Assembly: GCA_040954595.2 (NCBI GenBank)
Contig: CM082585.2
Location: forward strand, 6,225,808-6,289,807
Reading direction: 5' to 3'
DNA from: Balanoglossus misakiensis
Lineage: Eukaryota; Animalia; Hemichordata
DNA length: 64,000 bases
A program made the translations under genes and the position numbers. This document shows, piece by piece, positions 39,205-64,000 of this stretch. The stretch's first letter is position 1; each line of letters starts with the position of its first letter. The notes under the pieces were generated by a model. That model ran no database searches and had not been told where the DNA came from. It saw nothing but the letters and a program-made list of their open reading frames with translations.

Positions 39205-40274
39205 TACAGCGACATGGACACCGACATTTGCAAATTTACACGGGTTCAACACTCGCGACCGTGATTGTGAGGGAAAAATGGAATCGAAACAACGACAAAG
39301 TTTTACTGTTCCTCAAAGGTGGCAAAAGTTGTCTTTACCTGAGACAAAGGCCAGCCGAAGGACCAGACCAGGCAGGCGGCGTGTATACTGCTGTACCGTT
39401 CCGGAATTATCGATGAACGTGAAGGAATCCCTACAAAACCTGTAATTTCGGATAATTTTGTGGGTTTTTGTTATTATGAGGATAGTTCCAACAACGCATG
39501 CGCGCGGGCAAAGAGACGAGCCTATAAGCTGCTTTGTTTGATTGGTCGAAATGTTAGCCGCACTGAATGCGCTTTTTTATGTTTTCATTGATAAATATTT
39601 GCAACATTTACCGATCCTTGCGTCGCTTAAAGGACTCTATTAATAAAATATTTGCGATACTGAACGAACTGCTGGTCGGCAAGAATCTATAAATTGTCAA
39701 ATACCGGGCTATAACTCTGGCAGTATTGTCCAATCAGAGCCCAGATTGCGTCCTTGGATCTTCCTACGTCATCGAAGGACAAGTTGGCAGTGGATTGTGG
39801 TATAGTGGCGCGGTCACCTTCACCTAAGGTTCTTGGAGTGACCGCGAGTTCACACACAGCAGTTGGGCGTCTTCGGTCAGATATGTCGACATTTTAAAAG
39901 AAAGAATAAGTTATGTAATTAACAATAAATTCTAAGTAATCATAAATAATCTGAAAACAGCTGAAATTGTTTGCTTGAATAATTTTCTGAGTCGAAAAAT
40001 ATTTATTGAGTTAAATATTTTTTTAAAGTTTATTTTTATAGAATAATATGCAATAATGTTACCTTTTCTTTCAAGTTTTATAATAAAAAGGGTTTTGCAA
40101 TTAAATAAAATATGGAATTTCAGTGCATAATCATACCTGAATTGAATAAAAATCGAATGTCCCTCTACTACTTTCTCTTAGATGCTCTGAAAAATGGGAT
40201 AAAGCATGGTCACTTCTCAGTGAGTCGAAACTTTTTCTAACACTCCCCATGTATTTCATTGTCATAGTGATCAC

Positions 40275-40310
<36 letters not shown>
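40275..40310. repeat. (CAT)n microsatellite
   Basis: Direct. Confidence 0.95.
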
Positions 40311-40984
40311 TGTTTCTTTCTAATTGTCAGCAGGGGGTCAAAAGAACAACTCACTTCACTGTGTGACTTACATGAAATAATTTAATATTGCCATAATATT
40401 TTATTTTTCCGTTCTACAGCCATTTACATCACATACCATAATTCTTTAAAAATCAGTAAAGCATGACAACTTACATTTACAGAGAGGTGATCCAATATAT
40501 AGCCTGTTTTTTGTTCTCTTTTTTACATTCAGCCGTATGTGGATTATCTCTACATCTAGCTGTCACGGCTTGTTCAACAGACACTGTGTCATCAGCGATG
40601 ACTTAAGATTTGGCACAAACAAAAAAATTCATGAATTGCAAAGCAATACACTGTCAGAAAGTTAAGCAAACAAGTCAAATTTTCTGACATTAAAAATTGC
40701 ACAATTGATTACTGCACAAAGTTAATTTTTCGAATCTGAATAAAGCCTAAAAATATTCCCAAGCGATTGGAAACATGGCTGTTCAAGGTCCCCAGAAAAT
40801 TATATTCAGTGGGTATTATCAGCTCAAGTTCACACCAACAATAATCAAGTCAAGCACATAAATGTCACATTGTTTTTATATAGACATGCCAAGTTGTTCA
40901 AAATAGGTTATACTGGGGAAATGTTTTTTACTGCTTTTAACCCACTTGGCAGATTGGTACAGATAGATCTGCTGGGCAGGGTTT

Positions 40985-42850
40985 TCAGCTGTGTTCCTGC
41001 CAATAATGTCTCTTCAGGTATGCGATGGAGTTGCTTTCTCTGACGCACCCTAATTCCGGACACTGGAACATTTTGTTCTCGAGATGCACTAAGACGTGGA
41101 ACGTGTGATCGATTTCCCGTCTGAATTTCTTCCCGCAGGTCGCGCATCTGTAGCGGGCCGGCTTGTCCAAGACGTCGCTGTGGGTCCGCTCGTGGGCGCC
41201 CAGTCCGGACTTGTTGCTGAACACGGCGTGACACAGGCCGCACTTCACCATCTTGTCGAACTGGCCGATGTGCGACTCGCGGTGGCGCTTCATGTTGCTG
41301 TATCGGTCGGAGGTGTAGCCGCACTTGTTGCACTGCAGCTTCTGCCCCTTGTGCGTCCGTTTGGAGTGCTCCTTGAGGTCGCTCGTCGACTGGAACATCT
41401 TGCCGCAGAACAGGCACTCGTGGTCTCTTCGATTCTCCAGCGTGTCGTCGTCAACTTCTATGTTGTGAGCCGTCGTGATGTGGCTCTGTAATTCATCCGA
41501 GCTATGGGTCGAGTACGAACAAAACGAACACAAGTGTAATTCATCGCTGGACGTCCGGTGCCATTTGTAATGTTCAACCAGGTCAGTTTCTGAGATCACA
41601 CAGTACGAGCATAAGTCACACCTGTAAGACGTCTTAGTCTCGTCCTTCAAGTCCGCTGAACTTAGAACGCTTTCATTGATGATGCTACGACTTCCATCAA
41701 CATTATGCTCACTGCCAAAACTATCAAAGTCATGGTGTTCCGTAGTGGCCATTTCACACTTAACATACACAGGTTTTGTTTGTATTTTCTCCTCAGCTGA
41801 TCCCCCATCCGTCTGCACTGTATCATTCTCATCAGCGCCCTCTCTGTCGAAACCATCGGATTCCTTTCTTCTTCTCTTCGTACTTTCACTGCTCCGTGAA
41901 CTTTCATCATACTTTGTTTCATGCGTTGTGTGACACACCTGTGTGCGAGGCCTTTTTTGATCAACACGATCATGATAAAAATAAGTACTATATTCATCGC
42001 TCTTGTTCATATCAAAGGTCGCACTGCTCTTTTCAGATACTTGACGAGGATGAATGATTTGCTGTTTTTCTGGGACAGTGCTTGAATTATCCACTCTTTG
42101 GTAGATATCATCAGATGATACTTGACTATCAGCAGAGATCTGCATATCATTCGTCTGTTGATGAGAGTATAATTCTGACTGAGGAGTCATTTCACTCTCA
42201 ACAATCTCTGGTGATTTTGATATTGTCTCATTTTCTGATGATGCTGTTTGTTCTCTTGTCTTGATATGTGCCTGACACTGCAAGACGGGTCCACAGTGAG
42301 TGCAAGTCAGTGCATGGCTTTGCAAGAATGCTAAAACAGTACTACACAGCAGATTCAAATCCAGTCGACGAGTCTGCGAAACCTTCGCGTTGTCGCGTAT
42401 GTCATCTTCATCCTTATACAGCGAGTTGGGGTTCTCCGAACTGCGTTCCAAATCGCCGGCGAGGTTCGGCAACTGCTGCCGTTCCAGATTGTCACTGCCA
42501 CCGCTTTCCACGTCTCCGCACTCGTCCTCGATCGTGTAACCGTGCAGCAGTCTCCTGTGCTCGCGGATGAACGAGGTCTTGATCTGAGAGCAGCACACTT
42601 CGCACTCGACTCTCGCGTTCGAGTGCCGTTCCCGGTGTCGGGTGAGATTGCACTTCTTCGCCGAGGCGTAGTTGCACTCGTCGCACCTGTAAGGTTTCTC
42701 GCCCGTGTGAACTCTGACGTGTATCTTCAGACACGCAGCGCTGGACGCTTCATAACCGCAGACCTCACACTGCAAACTGTTCTTGCTTAGAAGCAAACGC
42801 ATGGGATTCTTCAACTTTCTTCTCTCAGACCCGACTTCCATTTCGGCCAT
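40985..42850 (-). CDS. Multi-C2H2 zinc-finger protein, 621 aa, single coding exon. About 3 N-terminal and 7 C-terminal fingers separated by an acidic/Ser-rich linker
   Basis: CEVC..HVRVHTGEKPYRCDEC..HRERH and repeated CxxC-12-HxxxH units. A splice acceptor at ~42873 just upstream of the ATG indicates non-coding 5' exons (candidate donors at ~43035 and ~43264). Confidence 0.9.
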   Translation of the reverse strand: MAEMEVGSERRKLKNPMRLLLSKNSLQCEVCGYEASSAACLKIHVRVHTGEKPYRCDECNYASAKKCNLTRHRERHSNARVECEVCCSQIKTSFIREHRRLLHGYTIEDECGDVESGGSDNLERQQLPNLAGDLERSSENPNSLYKDEDDIRDNAKVSQTRRLDLNLLCSTVLAFLQSHALTCTHCGPVLQCQAHIKTREQTASSENETISKSPEIVESEMTPQSELYSHQQTNDMQISADSQVSSDDIYQRVDNSSTVPEKQQIIHPRQVSEKSSATFDMNKSDEYSTYFYHDRVDQKRPRTQVCHTTHETKYDESSRSSESTKRRRKESDGFDREGADENDTVQTDGGSAEEKIQTKPVYVKCEMATTEHHDFDSFGSEHNVDGSRSIINESVLSSADLKDETKTSYRCDLCSYCVISETDLVEHYKWHRTSSDELHLCSFCSYSTHSSDELQSHITTAHNIEVDDDTLENRRDHECLFCGKMFQSTSDLKEHSKRTHKGQKLQCNKCGYTSDRYSNMKRHRESHIGQFDKMVKCGLCHAVFSNKSGLGAHERTHSDVLDKPARYRCATCGKKFRREIDHTFHVLVHLENKMFQCPELGCVRESNSIAYLKRHYWQEHS

Positions 42851-43299
42851 GTTTGTTCAAATGTCTACGGTCCTGTATATGAAATGTATAATATCATTAG
42901 ATATTGAGTAAACATGTTTGAGATGCATTTTATCTCTGTGTTGTACTATTATTGTTACAGACGTGGTCGAGGTTTACACATTTACATGTAACACTAACAG
43001 GAAAAAAATGTATTGAAAATTACAATACGCACAGAATATTAAACTCAACACTCACCGATGTTTCTAGTAAAGATAACTGGCTGTGAGTGAAAATTACTGG
43101 CCATACATTGTAACTTCTGACGCGGAATCTACCTCCAGTCGTTTAACCAAAATTCTGAGATTTCACTCTAACACAACTGAGTCAGCGTATGTACGTGAGT
43201 CATTCACTCAGTGAGTGAGTGACTCACTGAAAATGAGTCAATGAGCGATTTTATTGAAACCTACCTGCAAATGGCAAGGTATTGTCGTTGCCGAATGAT

Positions 43300-43917
43300 T
43301 CTTACTCTGTCTAAAGCATGAAATCAATTATGAATTCTCTTGCAAGTTGGTCAGTTTTGGTTATCTTCATAAAGACAGTCTGATCTCTGCTGAAGATACA
43401 GCTGAACGTTCGGCCCACTTCTCATTCTGTTCGGATTCGTATTCGTATTCGAATTTGTTTATTTGATATGGCATGCATTTCTGACTCATTTCAAGAGTGC
43501 GGTTGTAGAATACATGCATGTCGGGAAACCGATACCTTTTAGCATATCTCGAGGCGGATATGCGCTTGGAACTGTCTCTTCCTTTCTCTCTTGTCTGTCG
43601 TTAGTCTACTTGCCCATAGAATGGCATTCTGCATCCGAATCGGACTTCACAATCACATTAGCATTGGTGAAAAGACATCCCAAACAAACAAATCCAATGG
43701 CGGCGCTGTTGTGTTGAGCGAAGCGTTGTGGAAAAGAAGAGTGAAGTGTAATTTCAGTCCTTCCTGGACGAATCTGAAAGATCGCCAAACAGGAGAGGTG
43801 TCTTGTTCGCAAGTATATAAGACCATACGTCCATCGACGCGAATTGGACGTGTCGTTTTGACGCTAACGAGTCCTCACCAACGAAGTCAGTTCGGGGACT
43901 GACTGCTTTGTTTCGAG
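43300..43917. promoter_or_regulatory. Probable bidirectional promoter between the zinc-finger gene (-) and CWC15 (+)
   Basis: Head-to-head genes with start codons ~1.07 kb apart, locally elevated CpG, and a CCAAT/YY1-like CCAATGGCGGC at ~43694-43704. Confidence 0.5.
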
Positions 43918-45599
43918 ATGACCACAGCCGCAAGACCAACATTTGAACCCGCGAGGGGAGGACGAGGAAAGGGAGAGGGCGATCTGAGCGCGCTATCAAA
44001 GCAGTATTCAAGCCGAGATCTGCCGTCGCACACTAAATTAAAATACAGGTATGTTGTAATTTGAAAACACTTGACATTGGCAATGTTGTTGATCAATTCG
44101 CATACCTCTGAGACGCACGATTAATCATGACGCATTGACAGATACCGTACATGTATGCAGGGATGGGAGGGGGGAAGCTGGGTGGCTGGTGGTGGATATG
44201 TGGTGAATCACAGTCCCTCCACAGTGTTGGTGTGATACCATAGAGGTACTCTAATAGCACCTCCATGGTTATTATAATATACCAGATTTCCCCTGTTCTT
44301 TGACATTTATTAACAGACAAACAGGTCAGAACACCCAGGATGACCTCCGTGAGCGTGACTTCCGCAAAGATTTGGAAGAGAGAGAAAGAGTTGCAGCCAG
44401 AGAAAAGAGAGGTGACAGAAGTGGTCGAGGTAAGCAGTGACAGGATATCAGTTTCAGAACAAGATGGCATAGTTTCTGGGAATGCAAAAAGGAAAAAAAA
44501 ACATCGGGATCGACTACTTTATTTCATATCAACCCACAACAATTCATATTTCAAATTCCTTTGACTTCAATTCCACTAGAAATGAACCTCTTATTGTCCA
44601 TACGGTTGCTTTTCAGAATCGTCCAGCAACAAGCGCCCTCGTGTGGAGCAGATCCCTGCAGCGAACCTAGATGCAGACGACCCCATTGATGATGATGTAA
44701 GTATCTTTGCAATGTCAGTGTGCAGTATGTGTAGATTGTCAGCATTGCTCAAAATCAATGTAGTGACCACCAAGCTGTTGTGGTACGTGACAACCTGTTC
44801 ACAAATGGCCATTTATTTTGTAGGACGAAGATGACTCTGACTCTAGCGACGACGATGATGATGACACTGCTGAACTTCTCGCAGAATTGAATAAAATTAA
44901 GAAGGAGAGGGCGACTGAACAAGCCAGGAAGGTAACGTGAAATTCATTATTTGAGTTCACTTGAAGTGAGTCCAATCGCATCCTCTCATTGTTTAGTGGA
45001 GAATTTCTACACAATAAATGTTTTGAGAACCATATTGTATGCACCAGGGATCTTATCCACGTGATGTCTAATCAAAATGGGAGCAAAGTGCCGCCGTATT
45101 GACGTACATCCTTTTTCCTTTCATTCTTTCAGGAAACAGAGCAGAAACTTGAAGAGGAAAAGATTAGAACTGAAAACATTTTGAGTGGCAACCCCCTGCT
45201 TAACCAACACCAGGCTGATTTCAAAGTCAAAAAGAGGTGAGTAGACAATGCGAATTAATTTTTAAAAAAATTAAATGTTTGTATAAAGGACAAAACTTCT
45301 GCATGCACTGTCACGAGTCATTGTTGATGACACAGTCTCTCATCACAAGTATAGCCATGTTGAGTGTATTAAATCATGTCAGAGCTTGTTGGACCTTTAC
45401 CATTACTGATTTTCTGTGAAGAACCAATAGATGTGGAACTTAACATTATTTTCTTCTTCTTCACCTTCACAGGTGGGATGATGATGTCGTGTTTAAAAAC
45501 TGCGCAAGAGGCGAAGACGATAAGAGAGAAAACCGATTTATTAACGATACGCTGCGTTCTGATTTCCACAAAAAGTTTATGGAGAAATATGTGAAGTGA
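43918..45599 (+). CDS. CWC15: Spliceosome-associated protein CWC15. Six exons: 43918-44048, 44317-44429, 44617-44696, 44824-44931, 45133-45236, 45473-45599
   Basis: [112 protein letters not shown]. Confidence 0.96.
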
Positions 45600-47854
45600 T
45601 TTGATGTTTTTTATTGTGACTTTTTTTCATCTTAAACTGTACATTTCGCATGTAGCATTGCAAGTCATCTTTGGGCCAACAGAACAAACAGATTATGAAT
45701 GCATAATTCAAAGACATTCACTTTTGATGTTGATTCAATGATCTATTTATTGAAGCAGTGATGTATCGAAATCATGCCGATTTTTCTCACTACTCAGTTG
45801 AACCTGTGTTCTTTCCAAAGAAGTGAAATAAATGAAGTTAGTTTACAACAAATCAAAACGTGTGGTTTGCCCTCCATATAATTCTGGAATCTCACTAGTA
45901 AGCTGGTGAATACTAAGAAAAGACTGTAAAAAACAAACAACAGGCTTCACTGTGTGTATGTTTAATTTGTTTATTTTATTGAAAGCATTTGAATACCATC
46001 ATTTTATACACACTGCTGCAATCCTCGGGTTTTGAAAATAAAATACCTTTTCAATCGGATGAAATCCTAACGATATACACACCATGCAGTCTGTGCTAAC
46101 AGTTGTGATTACGAGATGAATTTTCAAACAACCAAATCACAAAAAGAAACTTACAAAATCCACGCAAGCTATGGTGAGTTGTTTGACAGTCACGGTATCA
46201 CAAATCAATCTGGTCAAATCTGACTTCACTGCTGCAGGAAAATATGGCATCATGGCTATTACATCAAAATGCGGATTATTAAAAATAAAAAAAATATATG
46301 TACAAAGCATTGGTGGAGGTTTTGTTATTATTTTTAGTAATAAAATGCTGGCAGCTTGCTAAAGTCCCGAACACTGGCTTTGAAAAAAAGAGAGAAAAAA
46401 AACCCCACCCAGATAGGTAAATTATTAGCAAGTAAGAACACACTTGAGATGAGGCATGATGGATAATTGTTTTTGTATCAAGTGTATGACAAGTACAATA
46501 ATATTTTAACATTTTTACTGGCAACAATAACAATAAAGATAAGAATCTCCTTGTTGAAGGTTAAATACCGAAGAACATAAATTGAGCCCAAGTTATCTAA
46601 ATTTGGATTGTTTCATGTTTGGGGATAAAAATGATTGTCAAAAGAAAAAATAAAACATAAAGTCTGTCAGCAATAAAATTGTGCTTGTCAAGAGAATAAA
46701 ATCCATGAGTTTGTTAACGAAATAAAAATTCAATGTGTCCCAAAAATTTGACAAAATATGCAGCATACAAAACATTACATTTCACGAGACAATCTCTGTA
46801 CACAAATCTAGGTAATTGGAAACTAAATTATAACAACACATACGTTGGGTGTTTTTTCAGTGTAGAAGTTTCACTCTGACATTGAGAGCAATCAAGGTGA
46901 TTCGAGACAATGAAAGTCAACTACCCAACCAAATGATACACATATCTACAAATTACAAAAGACACACCGCCCTTAGTTGATATCATGTTCATGAGTTTGG
47001 TTCATTCATTTCCAATATTTATAGGTATTTTGGCCCTGGCCAAGCCGCCTTGAAATTGGTCAAAAATTTGACTGTCCACTTATAGGTTACTGCAACTAAT
47101 CTCTCTACATACACAAACTGTCGAATGTATTAGTCTAGAGACAGCAAGCCAGTGTTGTCATGGCAATATCAGTAACATCTAGGTAATAGTACCAGTTAGC
47201 ACACATTGGCAATTCATTAACATGATACTACCATTATTCACATTTTCTGGTCAGATCATTTTACAATGTCAAGTTTTTGTCACCTTAACCTTTAAACCCT
47301 GACCCCTTGTGACCTATGACATATGCACTGTGGGTGATAATAAATTTTAAGTGATACCTTCTAAGTAACTCAGTTCTAGCAAACTATTTGGCAATGTCTG
47401 CATTTTCTTTGCAGGTATTAATGTGGCATTAATAAGTTATGTTAGTACAGACCTTTTTTTGCATGTAATTTTGTTAAATTTTGGCTATAGCACCCTAAAA
47501 CTAAAATAATATAGACAGCGGAAACATTTTACACACAGATTTCATTTACACAATTATTGGCTGTATTTACACACACAACAACAACAAATTCTGGAAGAGT
47601 TCAAAAAATCTCTCTACTTCTGAAGCTGTCGTATGCCACAGCAGTAATATAAAGCTTTGTATACAGTCTGACACGACAAACTGCTCCATATCTTAATTTC
47701 GAAAATTATCTCCTTCTGCATCAAGGTCAAATTCAATCACTGTTGCATAGTACAAGTGTTTCCTGGTCCCTTTAATTCCTATACCAATATTTATATATTT
47801 TTCATACGTTTTTGGCATTTCATGAAAGCTGTTAATTTACACTGAGAAAGAAAC

Positions 47855-47945
47855 TTAACCCTTTCACCACCATGGTTTGGTCCAAATCCATTGTTTTCTA
47901 AGGTAAAGTTGGACCTCTACATAGGTAAACAGGGGTGAAAGGGGA
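47855..47945 (+). mobile_element. ~90-bp piggyBac-like MITE, same family
   Basis: TTAACCCTTTCACCACCATGGTTTGG..CATTGTTTTCT..GGTAAAGTTGGACCTCTA..GGGGTGAAAGGG. Confidence 0.8.
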
Positions 47946-49201
47946 AAAAGTAACAGTCCATCAAAAAAAAGAAGGCAGTTTTAATGATACATATTATACT
48001 TTGAGTATGTTTAGCTCCAATATGATATGACAGCAAGACAATTGATAAATGCACAATAATTGCACAGATTTGCTTTTGAAAATTTCACGGAAGAAGATAA
48101 ACAGTTTTAAAAACAAACAATAACCAACCGACGAATTCCTACCAAGAAATCAAAATACACCAACATACTGTGAGAATTATTTCCCCCTTCCAGTTGTACG
48201 GATGAACTGTAAACCAGAAAATTTTCACGACGGGAAAATTTCGCGATATCAAAATCGGCAACTGTTACGCGTCCATTAATTCTCGTATTTCACTGCATCT
48301 GTATCTCCGAAAAACATATTTATTTTTGCATTTTTTTTTGGCTCTTGTTAATTTAATTTCAAATGGTGTTCCATGAAATGTAAGTTTTTTTTTTAGAAAT
48401 CACCTGTTTTAATATGTAAATGAACAATTTTTATTTAGGAAACTAGCCAACAGACATTTTCACTGTACTTGGAGACAGGGAAAAAATGAACAGTGAAAAA
48501 TTAAAAAGTAACTGGTCAAAGAAGATATAATTATTGGCAACAAACACGGGCCAAAAATGAACCCCAAAAGAATCATGTCATGGCAATTTATAAAGTGACA
48601 AAGTTAAGTACATCACTGACTCTACATATGAACATTTTTTAAACAAAAAATCTTTTAACGGCAACAACAGAAATCATTTTTTGGACTGCCACGGTATGGT
48701 GGTATTTAGACATGACATATCCATGAATATTTTTTGTATCAAAATTACCATAGCTTAGACACTAAACGTTTGGCGTGACCATGTTGTGAAATTCTGTGGC
48801 AAGTGTGCGGACAACATCAATTGGCACAGACAAAGATAACAGAATGCGACAATAATAACGTGTCTACCAAGTCAATGTACAGGCAAAGATAGCACCTTAT
48901 AGAATCACGTGATAATTTGACAAAGTTTATTGCATTTTGGCAAATATTTTGGGCAGTTTTTTTTTCTGTAAGGCTAGCTTCAGTGAATCTTTGCCAGTTG
49001 TAAAGTAATTCTTTCCAACTGTCGAAGGGTAAGAATTACAGTTTATCAGACTTGAAACACCAAACTGGAACTTTGTGGCATGGTCGCCTGTGTGTGACAT
49101 TACAGAAGTTGTCATAGCATCTAAAGAAATGTGATTCAACTGGTTGTCATTAAAATTTCAATGGCTTTTTTATACATGTGACATTTCTGATCCATAATGT
49201 G

Positions 49202-49346
49202 CAGTCAAACCTGTGTTAGTGGCCACCTCTATATACTGGCCACTTTGTTACAGTCCATGTGCAATTAACATGTGCATTAATTGACCTGTCTATAAAGGCC
49301 AGTTTAGGAAATTCCCTTGACTGGCCACACTAGACAGGTTTGACTG
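49202..49346. mobile_element. Tc1/mariner MITE, family B, in the DOCK 3' UTR
   Basis: CAGTCAAACCTGTGTTAGTGGCCA ... TGGCCACACTAGACAGGTTTGACTG|TA. A shorter version of the 51311 copy. Confidence 0.8.
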
Positions 49347-49607
49347 TATGTGTGATGAAATCTTATTTTTTACATCACAGAAATGTGTGGTGCCTGCTTC
49401 CAATCAGTCCACAGAGATACCACAGATTTATTATGACATCCACCATCACTGTATATTGTGTATATTCTTCTGTAAGCCAATCACTCATCGAAACATCAGC
49501 GTCCACATTATATTGTATTATCACTGTATGCCATATATTTCCCCATGTTGTTAAAACTCTCTGCCCACTTTGCGATGCCGGACATCACAAACTTCACTGT
49601 GTAGTGT

Positions 49608-63115
<13,508 letters not shown>

Positions 63116-64000
63116 CTACACGGGAGAAAGAAACAAAAAAAGAAAAAGAAAAAAACACATCAAATGAACATGGTGTCAGTAAAAAAAACATTAAATGTAC
63201 AGGATATCAGTGAAATACAACATGTATTGATGAATTTAGAGGTATTATTATCAACATAGCAAAACAACATAACATAACAACATACATGTACTACATTGTA
63301 TAACATAATAGAACTGACGAATGAGGGTTTGGTATATTGCACATACAAATGAGACAATCCGCCCAATTCTTTGCTTACATCCATGCTTTCTTAAAATCAT
63401 ACTAACACCTAGTGACTGACAGTTCTGACAAGGTTTTAAAGAAGTTCCACAGTGAATGGTTTCCGACAATGACCCCTGACGCTCCAAAAGACACAACAAC
63501 TAACAGACAGGCAAAGGTTCCTTTTTAAACAATTTTTTTTATCTTCCTTCCCAACATGCACTAGCAAGTACCCTGCTACGAGAACTTTATAACTACGCAG
63601 TAATCATTTTTTAAACAAAAAGTATATAACTCAAATCCATACAAGAAAGTAAGATACACTGGGAAACACCAACAAAACCGGGTGTATGGAGTTACAGTCA
63701 AGGGCATTAATTTATTTTATCAAGTCAATAACATATTACATGCAAACCTTCTCATGCATAATATTATTAATCTTAAACTAAAGTTGGTAGCTAATGGAAG
63801 AGGTGATTAAACAAAGGAATTCTATCACAAAGGAAGCAAACTGTGATTTTTAACTAATTTTTTCATCTTTACTTATGCCTAACATCATCCTGCCAGTATG
63901 CCGGCTGCCATCTAAGAGAAAGAATATTTATTTACAGTGCTGTTAGTCAACTAAGATAATCTCAACCAAACGAAGAAAAAACACTCAATGAAATGAAACA

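Noticed and set aside
40908-41491. Overlapping and antisense ORFs (169 aa, 131 aa) in the ZNF gene; likewise 33213-33716 antisense to KCTD
   Set aside because: Shadow ORFs expected from GC3-rich coding sequence, with no recognisable motifs.

Overview
This is AT-rich, intron-rich eukaryotic (metazoan) genomic DNA, not prokaryotic. Gene content and exon structure suggest an invertebrate deuterostome such as a hemichordate, echinoderm or cephalochordate (inference only). Manual splicing gives eight protein-coding genes: AIFM2/FSP1 (-), GK5 (+, 16 exons), LHFPL6 (-), an intronless KCTD BTB/POZ gene (+), PABIR/FAM122 (-), a multi-C2H2 zinc-finger gene (-), CWC15 (+), and the 3' part of a DOCK-D (DOCK9/10/11) GEF (-). 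The most striking feature is a near-perfect ~7.6 kb array of an 88-bp, dyad-rich, A-tract-phased monomer with an inverted diverged copy at its left edge. It fills essentially the whole gap between the convergent 3' ends of GK5 and LHFPL6. Also notable are in-frame microexon candidates in the DOCK gene (6, 12, 18 nt), a possible poison/alternative-start exon upstream of the DHR2 region, tandem NAGNAG acceptors in PABIR, and MITEs from at least five DNA transposon superfamilies. All calls are by eye; no database searches were run.
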